Shown: in pieces, positions 10,184 through 19,101 of the stretch
Layout: every line of letters starts with the position of its first letter
How positions within the stretch are numbered: position 1 is the stretch's first letter
Origin: Cytophagales bacterium
GTDB taxonomy: Bacteria; Bacteroidota; Bacteroidia; Cytophagales; UBA9547
Assembly (NCBI GenBank): GCA_025360395.1
Contig: JANYCH010000199.1
Location: 1-33,910 of the forward strand
Length of the DNA: 33,910 nucleotides
Direction: 5' to 3'
The notes under the pieces: generated by a model
What the model saw: the letters and a program-made list of their open reading frames with translations, nothing else
Database searches by the model: none
What the model was told of the DNA's origin: nothing
Made by a program: the position numbers and the translations under genes

Positions 10184-11533
10184 GTGTTTAAGAAAGTATT
10201 GATTGCAAACAGGGGAGAAATTGCCTTACGGGTAATAAGAGCCTGTAAAGAAATGGGAATCAAAACGGTTGCCATATATTCTACTGCTGACAAAGCAAGT
10301 TTACATGTTAAATTTGCCGACGAGGCTGTTTGTATTGGCCCGCCATTAAGTTCTTTATCCTATTTGAGTATTCCTAATATAATTGCAGCAGCAGAAATTA
10401 CGAATGCTGATGCCATTCATCCTGGCTATGGATTTCTATCTGAAAATGCTGAATTCTCTAAAATTTGCCAGGATTATAAAATTAAATTTATAGGTCCTTC
10501 GCCGGAAATGATCAATGCGATGGGCGATAAATCCACTGCAAAGGCATATATGAAAAAGGCCGGAGTACCAACAGTTCCAGGTTCTGTAGGTCTGGTAGAA
10601 AATATTAAAGACGGCAAAAAAATTGCAAAAGACATAGGTTACCCTGTCATACTCAAAGCTACTGCGGGTGGTGGAGGTAAAGGCATGAGAATCATCAATG
10701 AAGATGCTGAATTTGATAAGGCATGGAATGATGCCAAACAAGAAGCAAGTGCTTCGTTTTCTAACGATGGGGTATATCTGGAAAAATTTGTAGTAGAACC
10801 CAGGCATATTGAAATCCAGATTTTTGGAGACAAACATGGAAATGTTGTCCATCTTTCAGAAAGAGATTGCAGTATTCAAAGAAGACATCAGAAATTGGTA
10901 GAAGAAGCTCCTTCTCCAATAATGACTGATAAATTAAGAAAAGAAATGGGAGAAGCTGCCATAAAAGGTGCTAAAGCCATTAAGTATGAAGGAGCAGGTA
11001 CGATTGAATTCCTTGTTGATAAATTCGGAAAGTTCTATTTTATGGAAATGAACACGAGGATTCAAGTTGAACACCCTGTAACCGAAGACGTAACAGACAC
11101 TGACTTGGTTAAGCAACAAATACGGGTGGCGGCAGGAGAAAAACTTTCTTTTGGGAACCTTATTCCTAAGCGTTGTTCCATGGAGGTAAGAATAAATGCA
11201 GAAGATCCAGGAAATGGTTTCAGACCTTCTGCGGGTAAAATCACCCAACTCCATTTCCCTGGAGGAAAAGGTGTACGTGTTGATTCACATATTTATGATG
11301 GGTATACAATTCCTCCTAATTATGATTCTATGGTAGCCAAACTTATTGTGACTGGTGAATCAAGGGAAGAAGTATTAAACAGGATGAAAAGAGCTTTACA
11401 GGAATTTGTTATAGAAGGTATTAAAACCACAATCCCTTTCCACTTAAAGTTGATGGATGATGCTGGTTTCAGATCTGGTAATTTCACGACAAAATATCTT
11501 GAAACTTTTGACTTTACAAGCTTGAAAGCTTGA
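10184..11533 (+). CDS. accC: Acetyl-CoA carboxylase biotin carboxylase subunit
   Basis: [34 protein letters not shown] and YDSM motifs; GTG start. Confidence 0.96.
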   Translation: MFKKVLIANRGEIALRVIRACKEMGIKTVAIYSTADKASLHVKFADEAVCIGPPLSSLSYLSIPNIIAAAEITNADAIHPGYGFLSENAEFSKICQDYKIKFIGPSPEMINAMGDKSTAKAYMKKAGVPTVPGSVGLVENIKDGKKIAKDIGYPVILKATAGGGGKGMRIINEDAEFDKAWNDAKQEASASFSNDGVYLEKFVVEPRHIEIQIFGDKHGNVVHLSERDCSIQRRHQKLVEEAPSPIMTDKLRKEMGEAAIKGAKAIKYEGAGTIEFLVDKFGKFYFMEMNTRIQVEHPVTEDVTDTDLVKQQIRVAAGEKLSFGNLIPKRCSMEVRINAEDPGNGFRPSAGKITQLHFPGGKGVRVDSHIYDGYTIPPNYDSMVAKLIVTGESREEVLNRMKRALQEFVIEGIKTTIPFHLKLMDDAGFRSGNFTTKYLETFDFTSLKA

Positions 11534-11583
11534 TAGATGTATTGAAATATTTTAGTTACTTAGCATTTGATCAAATATCCAAC

Positions 11584-12201
11584 GTGGATAAAATAAAATT
11601 AGAAATATTAGGGTTATCCTCAAGTCAATCTCAGACTGGGTCGTTTGCATTAGTCTTAGGAGAAGAAGGTGGAAATCGACGATTGCCAATCATTATTGGA
11701 ATGTTTGAAGCACAGGCAATCGCAATAGAAATTGAAAAGATCATCCCTAACAGGCCAATGACTCATGATTTGTTTAAGTCATTTTCTGCTAATTTTAATT
11801 TTTATGTTGAGGAAGTTTTAATTTCAGACCTAAAGGAAGGTGTCTTTTATGCCAAAATACACTGCTCTGACGGCCGTACCCATGTAGAGATTGATGCGAG
11901 ACCTTCTGATGCTATTGCTATTGGCTTGAGATTTAATGTTCCGATATTCACTGTTGAATCCATCATGTCGGAAGCGGGGATATTGCTGTCTGATATAACC
12001 CCAGAAGAGTCTGCAACTGAATTGCCAGCTGAAAAAAAGAACCGTAAACCTTCTAAACAGTCTAAGTCTGCTGTAGAAAAGTCTGATAATGTTAAAAACT
12101 TAAGTAGTGAACAGCTTAAAACAATGTTAGAGGACGCTTTAAAAAACGAAGATTATGAAAACGCTGCTAAAATCAGAGATGAATTAAACAAAAGAAACTA
12201 A
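11584..12201 (+). CDS. Bifunctional nuclease (DUF151) family protein with C-terminal UVR domain
   Basis: LPIIIGMFEAQAI, RPMTHDL, DARPSDAIA motifs and UVR motif EDYENAAKIRDE. In-frame GTG at 11584 preferred over TTG 11530. Confidence 0.88.
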   Translation: MDKIKLEILGLSSSQSQTGSFALVLGEEGGNRRLPIIIGMFEAQAIAIEIEKIIPNRPMTHDLFKSFSANFNFYVEEVLISDLKEGVFYAKIHCSDGRTHVEIDARPSDAIAIGLRFNVPIFTVESIMSEAGILLSDITPEESATELPAEKKNRKPSKQSKSAVEKSDNVKNLSSEQLKTMLEDALKNEDYENAAKIRDELNKRN

Positions 12202-12217
12202 GGCTATCGGATTCAAT

Positions 12218-12256
12218 AAAAAGGGAAGCCTCCAATATTTGGAGGCTTCCCTTTTT
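12218..12256. terminator. Bidirectional intrinsic terminator
   Basis: Perfect inverted repeat AAAAAGGGAAGCCTCCAA-TAT-TTGGAGGCTTCCCTTTTT between convergent genes. Confidence 0.92.
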
Positions 12257-12274
12257 GTCAACTTCTTGATTCAG

Positions 12275-13165
12275 TTAAACAATAAATGTTGAGTTATCCT
12301 TGTTTAAATAAGAAGTCTGCAATGTTTCCGATCCTAGTATAAAGTCAAGCAGATCCTGATTTAATCTATCCCGGTGTGTATAAAATAAACCATGAGGGGC
12401 ACCTTCATACACCAAATATTGACTATTAGGTAACAATTCAGAGGTTCTTGCGCTGCTTGCTTCAATAGGGACTATCTTATCTGCATCACCATGTATAATT
12501 AAGGTTTCTACATTTATGGATTCGATATCCATTCTGAAATCTGTATTTGCAAAAGCCATTGCTGCCTGCTTGGTTGCATTTGGAGATGCAATAGAGGCAA
12601 GATTCGTAAAGTAAGGTAAATACGAATTACTTACCGGGTGGTTTATAAGATTTACTCCGAAGAATTGTTTTCCAAAATTATCCAGAAAAGCAATCCTATC
12701 CTCATTTATTGCCTCCAAGATTTGTTGAAATACCTCAGAGTCAACGCCATCCTGATTATTTTCTGTTTTTAACATAAATGGCAAAACTGTACTAATTAGT
12801 ACAACTTTTGTAACCCTTGAGGATCCAAATCGGCTTAAATATCGGGCAACTTCTCCCCCACCCATAGAGAAGCCTACTAATACAGCATCTTGTAAGTCCA
12901 GTTGAGTCATAACAGCATCTAAATCTTCAGCAAATGCATCATAGTTATAAAGCCCCCAAGGCTTACTTGATTTGCCGAAACCCCTGCGATCATATTTAAC
13001 TACACGAAGATTGTTGTTAACCAAATCTTCAATTTGATATTCCAACATCTCTTTACTGGATGGCCAGCCATGTATAAGCACTACAGGACGTCCTTTTCCA
13101 TAAGATTTATAGCATAGTTGTATCTCTTCTCCAGTGGAGAGATCTGTCGTTTGAATAAATTCCAT
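12275..13165 (-). CDS. Alpha/beta hydrolase, non-heme haloperoxidase/arylesterase-like
   Basis: HGWP, YDRRGFGKS, nucleophile GFSMGG, HGDAD and GAPHG catalytic triad motifs. Confidence 0.88.
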   Translation of the reverse strand: MEFIQTTDLSTGEEIQLCYKSYGKGRPVVLIHGWPSSKEMLEYQIEDLVNNNLRVVKYDRRGFGKSSKPWGLYNYDAFAEDLDAVMTQLDLQDAVLVGFSMGGGEVARYLSRFGSSRVTKVVLISTVLPFMLKTENNQDGVDSEVFQQILEAINEDRIAFLDNFGKQFFGVNLINHPVSNSYLPYFTNLASIASPNATKQAAMAFANTDFRMDIESINVETLIIHGDADKIVPIEASSARTSELLPNSQYLVYEGAPHGLFYTHRDRLNQDLLDFILGSETLQTSYLNKDNSTFIV

Positions 13166-13348
13166 GATGATAAGATTAAGGATTGGTAGTTCTTAATATT
13201 TTAATAAGTCCTTCCATTATGAAAAGACTTATTAAAACAGAAAAACCATGCCGTTCCAACTAAAAGTGAGACCTTATATTAATTATAATCTAAATATCCT
13301 GAATTCCTTAAGAATCCACAGTGGACTCACTTAAAAATAACAAAGAGA

Positions 13349-14035
13349 TTATTCCTCCTTTTTGAAAAATTTATACGTTAATCCTGTAGTAAACAATGCC
13401 CCACCAATTCCAAGATCAATATTTGCGCCCAAATGCTCATTAAAGAAAACTCCCATACCAAAACCTGCACGGGCACCAATTGGGATAAAATTGTCAGAAC
13501 CATAATTCCTGTAGCTCCCGTAACTGTTCTGTTGGTTTACGTTTGTACTCGTATAATTATACTTATAGTTTACATAACCAAATCCTACGTGTACATAAGG
13601 ATCAACTTTAGAACTACTACCTAAATGTACAATAAATCTTCCTAGTGCAGTTATTCTTCCAAGGGATTCAGTGATGTCGTACTTATTTTGAATAACTAAG
13701 GGAGTTGAATAATAACCATCATTGTAGTTGTAGCCATAATTTATAGTTTCTGTTCTGGTTCCACTAACAGAGGTTTTAACATACCATATGTCCAACCCAA
13801 AGCCTATCCTTTTTGCAATCAGGTATTCAATTCTCCCACCAATAAAACCAGTCGATTTAGCATTGAATTTGTCGGTGCCATTAGAAGGATAATCATTTCT
13901 GAACTGATATTTATAAAACCAATCCGGGAACCCGTAATAAACATCTACAAATACATCTCCAGCTTTAGTCTGGGCTGAAATGTTATTTAAAACAAGGAAA
14001 AATACTGAAGCACTTATTAAAATAATTTTTTTCAT
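13349..14035 (-). CDS. Small outer-membrane beta-barrel protein
   Basis: Signal peptide (ISA|Q), alternating Gly/aromatic beta strands (DPYVHVGFGY), and terminal strand GLTYKF. Confidence 0.75.
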   Translation of the reverse strand: MKKIILISASVFFLVLNNISAQTKAGDVFVDVYYGFPDWFYKYQFRNDYPSNGTDKFNAKSTGFIGGRIEYLIAKRIGFGLDIWYVKTSVSGTRTETINYGYNYNDGYYSTPLVIQNKYDITESLGRITALGRFIVHLGSSSKVDPYVHVGFGYVNYKYNYTSTNVNQQNSYGSYRNYGSDNFIPIGARAGFGMGVFFNEHLGANIDLGIGGALFTTGLTYKFFKKEE

Positions 14036-14111
14036 AATTGTAGTTTAAATTGCTATATTATAAAGAACAGACACAATTTTATCTAATTCAAATTAATCTT
14101 TTAAAACTTTT

Positions 14112-16583
14112 TTAATCGCTCTCCTTTTGACCTTTATGGAACCTGTCAAAAAGATCTAAACCTATATTCATTTTGCCATCCTTTTCACGGGCTCGAAGGC
14201 GGAGATTGCCGTGTTGAATATCTTTAATTTTAAAATATTCACTGTTATGGTCTTTTAAATTGGATAAAGGGATTTGAATACTCAAATCCGTTTTATGTTT
14301 AAAACTAAAAATACCTTCTAAATAAAGACTTAATACAGATGAGCTTACAACCATTTTTTCTATATAAAGTTCCTCGCCTTCTAAAACAAAAATGTTATTT
14401 ATTTCGTCGAACTGAATATGCATCATATCCCTATTTTTGAAAACCAAGTCTCCAACCTTTTTTAAAGGCAAGAAATTTTTCAATTTCCCCTGAGTTAACA
14501 GAATAGACATTCTACCCTTAATTGATCTTTGTATAGGCTCAAATGAACGGTTTGTTTGACAGTTAAAATTAACCTTAGAGTTAATTATCCCTTCCAGATT
14601 TTCGTTTGTAAGCGAACTTTGACCAAAATTGTTAAATCCATAGAATAGATTTGATGCATCAATATTCTTTAAATTAGCTTCCATTTTGACTTTACCAGAA
14701 TCATTATCCTGAAAAATATAAGCACCATTTAAGGTAATTATTCCTTTTGCAGGCAGATATAGTTTCCAATTATTCAATGATATAGACTCATTAGAAATAT
14801 CAACATTTCCACTTATATCATGAGCAACTAATTTCTTGTATTGAAATTTATGGAGGTTCACATCAAATTCCATCTCCATTTTACTTAAAATTTTATGCAA
14901 GTGACCCATGAATGGTTTAGTTACTTTTATATCATTTTCATCATATTTATGATCTCTTTTAACGAGTAAGTTGTTTAAATTGAAATACGGTGATGATATT
15001 CTCATTTTTGCTTTAATATTATTTTCAGGAAAAAGAAGATAAGGAAGCATATTTTTAAGATCAGCTTGAATTCTGACCTGGTTCTCATTCATTTTACAGG
15101 ACAATCCTTTAACATTCATATCTGAATTAAGAAAATTTAAATCTCCGTTTATATTTGAGAAGGCGAGATGCTTTTTCAAAATATCTATTTTACCATCGGT
15201 TATATTTAAACCAGCATTTATATACCCTTTCATCATGATCGGGTCTGGAATTGTCTTCAAAGAAATGGGACCCTTTTGTTTAAGCTTAAATGAAAAATTG
15301 CCTCCCGAAAATTTATAAACAGAAGTATCTAAATAGTGATGAAAAGCTTTTAACGGACCACTTAATACAGCATCAACATTTGTTTGAGGAACATTTAAGT
15401 TGTGAAGGTCTCCTATTACTTTAAAGTTTATTTCCTTATAATTAAAATCTGAGGTCAGAATTTTGAGGACAGAATTTTCATCACTAGAAAGTTGAAGAGT
15501 ATCGTAATGATTATTGAAGACACCATTTAACTTTACATTTTCCAGAAAATATTCTATTAGTCTTACTCTACTATTTTCAATTTGAAAATTCACCAGAGCA
15601 AATGGCTGAATACCAGGTTTGGTATCTAACACCAAATGGACTTGGGCACTAAGTCCATCATCAACATGAAATTTATTAAGTACTTTCTGTAAATGTGTAT
15701 TCAATAATGAAATTGCTTTGTCATAATCGGTATTGGTTGTATTGATATCCAGGTATATTAGAGGCAGTTTCTTATTTAACCTACATTTTCCTGAAACTTC
15801 GTAAATCTGTCCTTCGCTATTTATTGATGACTGCAACAAAGTCAACAAACTGTCTGACTTATTATAACTCAAATGCAGCTTAAGTTCCAATTCCTTGTTT
15901 GCAAGAAATGGTCCTTTTAAATTATTAAACAATAAGCCTTCTGAAAAAACATGACCATTAACATGACAAACAACTTGATTTTCCAATTTCTTAACTCTTA
16001 TTAAGACGTCATTACAAGCAAGTTGAATCCGTTTTTTTTTCTTATCATCCAAATAGACCAACGATACTTTTTTAAAGACTATTTTTTTAAGGTCAAAGTC
16101 CATTAAGGAGGACTTTACACTTTTGGTGGTATCAGACTTTAATGACTTTCTGGAGAAAACAGACAGATTTGAATAACCTAAAGAATCTTTAAAGATGTTG
16201 AAACTGGCATTTTGAACTATTATACTTTTTACATCAAGTTCCTTTCGTAATAATTTAAAAAGATGAATCTGCAAATAGACTTTTTCAGCCTTGATTATTT
16301 CATTATTATAAACCGAGTCTTTTATCGTAAGGCCAATTAAAGTGACTGAAACAGATGGAAATTCTCTAAAAATGGTAAAGCTTATATTATTTAAATGTGC
16401 ACTTCCTGTAATTCCATTATCAATTTCTCTATTGAAATACGCAAGAATATCCTTTTTATGTATGCTGGCGATAGAATATGCTATTATAAGGAGACTTATT
16501 AAAAATAAGAAAAACCAGAAAAAAACTTTAAAAATAAAAAATACAAATCTTTTCATCAGCGGAGCATTAAAAAATAAAGCCAT
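14112..16583 (-). CDS. AsmA-like family protein
   Basis: Single N-terminal TM anchor, then ~780 aa of beta-rich sequence (FREFPSVSV, FNNFGQ..L...NLEG). True start may be the Met at residue 10. Confidence 0.75.
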   Translation of the reverse strand: MALFFNAPLMKRFVFFIFKVFFWFFLFLISLLIIAYSIASIHKKDILAYFNREIDNGITGSAHLNNISFTIFREFPSVSVTLIGLTIKDSVYNNEIIKAEKVYLQIHLFKLLRKELDVKSIIVQNASFNIFKDSLGYSNLSVFSRKSLKSDTTKSVKSSLMDFDLKKIVFKKVSLVYLDDKKKKRIQLACNDVLIRVKKLENQVVCHVNGHVFSEGLLFNNLKGPFLANKELELKLHLSYNKSDSLLTLLQSSINSEGQIYEVSGKCRLNKKLPLIYLDINTTNTDYDKAISLLNTHLQKVLNKFHVDDGLSAQVHLVLDTKPGIQPFALVNFQIENSRVRLIEYFLENVKLNGVFNNHYDTLQLSSDENSVLKILTSDFNYKEINFKVIGDLHNLNVPQTNVDAVLSGPLKAFHHYLDTSVYKFSGGNFSFKLKQKGPISLKTIPDPIMMKGYINAGLNITDGKIDILKKHLAFSNINGDLNFLNSDMNVKGLSCKMNENQVRIQADLKNMLPYLLFPENNIKAKMRISSPYFNLNNLLVKRDHKYDENDIKVTKPFMGHLHKILSKMEMEFDVNLHKFQYKKLVAHDISGNVDISNESISLNNWKLYLPAKGIITLNGAYIFQDNDSGKVKMEANLKNIDASNLFYGFNNFGQSSLTNENLEGIINSKVNFNCQTNRSFEPIQRSIKGRMSILLTQGKLKNFLPLKKVGDLVFKNRDMMHIQFDEINNIFVLEGEELYIEKMVVSSSVLSLYLEGIFSFKHKTDLSIQIPLSNLKDHNSEYFKIKDIQHGNLRLRAREKDGKMNIGLDLFDRFHKGQKESD

Positions 16584-16731
16584 GAAATTAATGGTTACTA
16601 TTTAATCAGAAAATTTAAAAAGAAAATGAATAGAATGGATAGAAATAACAATAAAATTTGGCTGAAATATAAAGAATGTCAGAATTAAATATGGATTTAT
16701 TATAAAAATAATTATTATTTCAGAATTAAAT

Positions 16732-16761
16732 TTTGTATTTTAAAATAAATATTTACCTTTG
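16732..16761 (+). promoter_or_regulatory. Bacteroidota primary-sigma promoter (-33/-7)
   Basis: TTTG at 16732-16735, 18-nt spacer, TACCTTTG at 16754-16761. Predicted +1 falls close to the ATG at 16765. Confidence 0.7.
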
Positions 16762-16764
16762 TTA

Positions 16765-16851
16765 ATGTTCAAGCCCGAACACATATCGACTTCTCTAAGG
16801 TTTAACCAAGACCTTCTCTGCACTTCAGATTTCTGTTGTTGTTGCCGCTAA
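16765..16851 (+). CDS. Putative poly-cysteine leader peptide MFKPEHISTSLRFNQDLLCTSDFCCCCR
   Basis: Manual translation, ATG 16765 to TAA 16849-16851. Codons TGT TGT TGT TGC at 16834-16845 plus TGC at 16819. Lies right after a promoter and upstream of tRNA-Cys. Confidence 0.7.
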   Translation: MFKPEHISTSLRFNQDLLCTSDFCCCCR

Positions 16852-16901
16852 CTTTCCGTCGCAACGCCTTCTATCATTTCTTTAATATAAACTTCTTCGA
16901 C

Positions 16902-17171
16902 ATGAATAAGTCAGAAATCAAATTAATAAGTTTTAAAAAATTCTTTACTAAATACTTCAAGTTTCATTCAGACATTATTGTTTTTAACCCGGATGCAGAT
17001 TATTCATATGAATTTAAGGATCCTCGCGTGTCGTTCCTTGAATTGAATATCAACAATGGCAACCAAAGAAAAGATTGGCTGGAGTACAGTTATTATCCCT
17101 TCTTAGGCTCTAGCCTAAATTTAAAAATAAACGATGAAAATGCATTATTTGGTTTTATAGGCAATAATTAA
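16902..17171 (+). CDS. Hypothetical small protein (89 aa)
   Basis: ATG 16902 is in frame within the 16836..17171 ORF. Fills the gap between the leader and tRNA-Cys; no recognised family. Confidence 0.6.
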   Translation: MNKSEIKLISFKKFFTKYFKFHSDIIVFNPDADYSYEFKDPRVSFLELNINNGNQRKDWLEYSYYPFLGSSLNLKINDENALFGFIGNN

Positions 17172-17177
17172 AAATTT

Positions 17178-17248
17178 GGCTACGTGTCCGAGTGGTTAGG
17201 TACGGGTCTGCAAAACCTTTTACAGCGGTTCGAATCCGCTCGTAGCCT
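17178..17248 (+). tRNA. tRNA-Cys (GCA)
   Basis: Acceptor stem GGCTACG/CGTAGCC, anticodon loop CT-GCA-AA (anticodon 17210-17212), T-arm AGCGG-TTCGAAT-CCGCT, discriminator U73. CCA is not encoded. Confidence 0.95.
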
Positions 17249-17276
17249 CAAGTGAAAGATTTTCTTTTTTAACTAG

Positions 17277-18509
17277 TTAGTTAAAGCAGAATATAAATTC
17301 AGTTCCGATATTTTTTTGACTGTTTACTTTGATAGATACATTATACTTATCTAAAAGCTTTTTTACAATATAAAGGCCCATACCTGTCCCTTCTATATCA
17401 TGATTGTCCATACGTTCAAACAGGTTAAATAACTTTCCTTGTTCTTCATCTGTCATCCCTCGACCGTTGTCTGCAACTGATAGATATTTTAGTCCATCCT
17501 GAGTAGTAAAATTCAGTTTAAGATAGGGAGCCCGGTCAGGATGTTTGTATTTTATTGCGTTTGTAATGAGGTTATAAAGCAAACTTTTAAAAGCAACCCT
17601 ATTAAAAGTAAAATCTTCAACTTCAGAGAAGTTTTCGACAATTATTGAATTTGAATTATTTATCAGGGAAGTGATACTTGTTTCAATCTCTTCTAATACC
17701 GGTTTAACTTTGAAAGTCTCGAAAGAGGTACCTTCATTTTCTTTTCTTATTATATCAATTAATTCATTAATGGTGTTTTTAAGTTGTACAATAGCGCCTT
17801 CCTGCATTTTAATTATTTCAAACACTTCTGTTGAAATGGGGCTTTCCAACTCATCTTCTAATGCACTTATAAGTGCTTCCAGATTTGCGACCGGCAATTT
17901 CAGATCGTGAGAGGCTGTATAAACAAACTGATCGAGGTTATTATTAAGACTAATAAGTTTTTGATTATAAATCTGCAATTCAGCTTCAATAGTTTTCCTT
18001 TTCTCTATTTCAGCATTGAGGTCTGCATTCTTTATGTTCAGATCAGCGGTTCTTTGCTGAACAATTAATTCAAGATTATTATATGCTTCTTCAAGGTTCC
18101 TTTGCTGAATGTAAATGTCAATAAAAGAATAAACTTTAGATCGGGTAATTACCGGATCTAAAGGCTTAAACAGATAATCAACAGCTCCTTTGCTGTAACC
18201 TTCGGAAACATATTTGGATTCGTGGTTCAGGGCTGTGACAAATATGATGGGTATATTTTGAGAAGTTTTAGATTTCTTCAAAAAAGAAGCAACCTCATAA
18301 CCATCCATTTCGGGCATTTGTACGTCTAAAAGTACCAAAGCAATATTGCCTTTGTAAGCAATTTTCAAAGCTTCGTTTCCCGAGGTTGCGCGAAGAAAAT
18401 TAACAGACCTTTCTTCTAAATTTAGCAAATTCTCAAGAGCATAAATATTTTCTTCCTTATCATCTACTATGAGGACGTTGACAGAAATATCCTTTGGGTT
18501 TGAATTCAT
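17277..18509 (-). CDS. Hybrid REC-HisKA-HATPase sensor kinase
   Basis: N-terminal REC (VDD, LLDVQMP, FKP), H-box ASHDLKLP, N-box NLITNAIKY, DNGRG and GTGMGL. Confidence 0.92.
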   Translation of the reverse strand: MNSNPKDISVNVLIVDDKEENIYALENLLNLEERSVNFLRATSGNEALKIAYKGNIALVLLDVQMPEMDGYEVASFLKKSKTSQNIPIIFVTALNHESKYVSEGYSKGAVDYLFKPLDPVITRSKVYSFIDIYIQQRNLEEAYNNLELIVQQRTADLNIKNADLNAEIEKRKTIEAELQIYNQKLISLNNNLDQFVYTASHDLKLPVANLEALISALEDELESPISTEVFEIIKMQEGAIVQLKNTINELIDIIRKENEGTSFETFKVKPVLEEIETSITSLINNSNSIIVENFSEVEDFTFNRVAFKSLLYNLITNAIKYKHPDRAPYLKLNFTTQDGLKYLSVADNGRGMTDEEQGKLFNLFERMDNHDIEGTGMGLYIVKKLLDKYNVSIKVNSQKNIGTEFIFCFN

Positions 18510-18513
18510 GTAA

Positions 18514-19101
18514 CTATAACGTTGACATTAATAATGACTGTATTTCCTCCAGTTTCAAAATGTGATCTATCTTAACCCTTTCAATTGCAGAAAGTGGCAT
18601 TGTTTTACTTATTGCCTCCATTGGATCCTGCACAATAGTCAGGCCACCCATTTCAGAGATTGCCTTTAATCCCTGGCTACCATCAGAATTTGCTCCTGTC
18701 AAAAGTATACCTATAAGTTTGTTTCGAAAAACCAATGAAGCGCTTTCAAATACTATGTCAATTGAAGGTCTTGAAAAAAGGACATTTTCAGAAACATCTA
18801 ATGAAAAGGTCCTGTCTTTTTCTACTAATACATGATAATTTGCCGGGACAAGATATATGGTTCCTGGACGAATTTCTTCTTTATCAGTTACTTCTTTAGT
18901 ATAAAGCCGGGTATTTTTTGTAATAACTGAACACAGGTTGCTTTCTACATTTTTTTGACGGTGAACTACAACAACAATCGGCAAAGGAAAGAAAACTGGC
19001 AAATCTTTTACGATTTTAATAACCGCTTCCATTCCTCCCCAGGATCCTCCGATCACAATGGCTTCGTAACCATTTTTTTTTATTTTAAAATTTTCTTCCA
19101 T
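18514..19101 (-). CDS. cheB: CheB-type methylesterase, catalytic domain only
   Basis: Catalytic Ser (GGSWGG), His (VVVH) and Asp (LTGANSDG); SRPSID; no REC domain. Confidence 0.9.
   Translation of the reverse strand: MEENFKIKKNGYEAIVIGGSWGGMEAVIKIVKDLPVFFPLPIVVVVHRQKNVESNLCSVITKNTRLYTKEVTDKEEIRPGTIYLVPANYHVLVEKDRTFSLDVSENVLFSRPSIDIVFESASLVFRNKLIGILLTGANSDGSQGLKAISEMGGLTIVQDPMEAISKTMPLSAIERVKIDHILKLEEIQSLLMSTL

Noticed and set aside
13235-13255. Sigma54-like GGCATGGTTTTT (minus strand); similar TGGCAAAGTTTTT near 23610-23623
   Set aside because: A -24 GG-like half is present but the -12 GC is absent; too weak to call.
16836-16901. TTG-start extension of the small ORF, or a -1 frameshift fusing leader and ORF (that frame is open from 16806)
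   Set aside because: The TTG codons are the TGT run read in another frame. There is no canonical slippery heptamer and re-pairing is poor, so ATG 16902 is more plausible. Not fully excluded.
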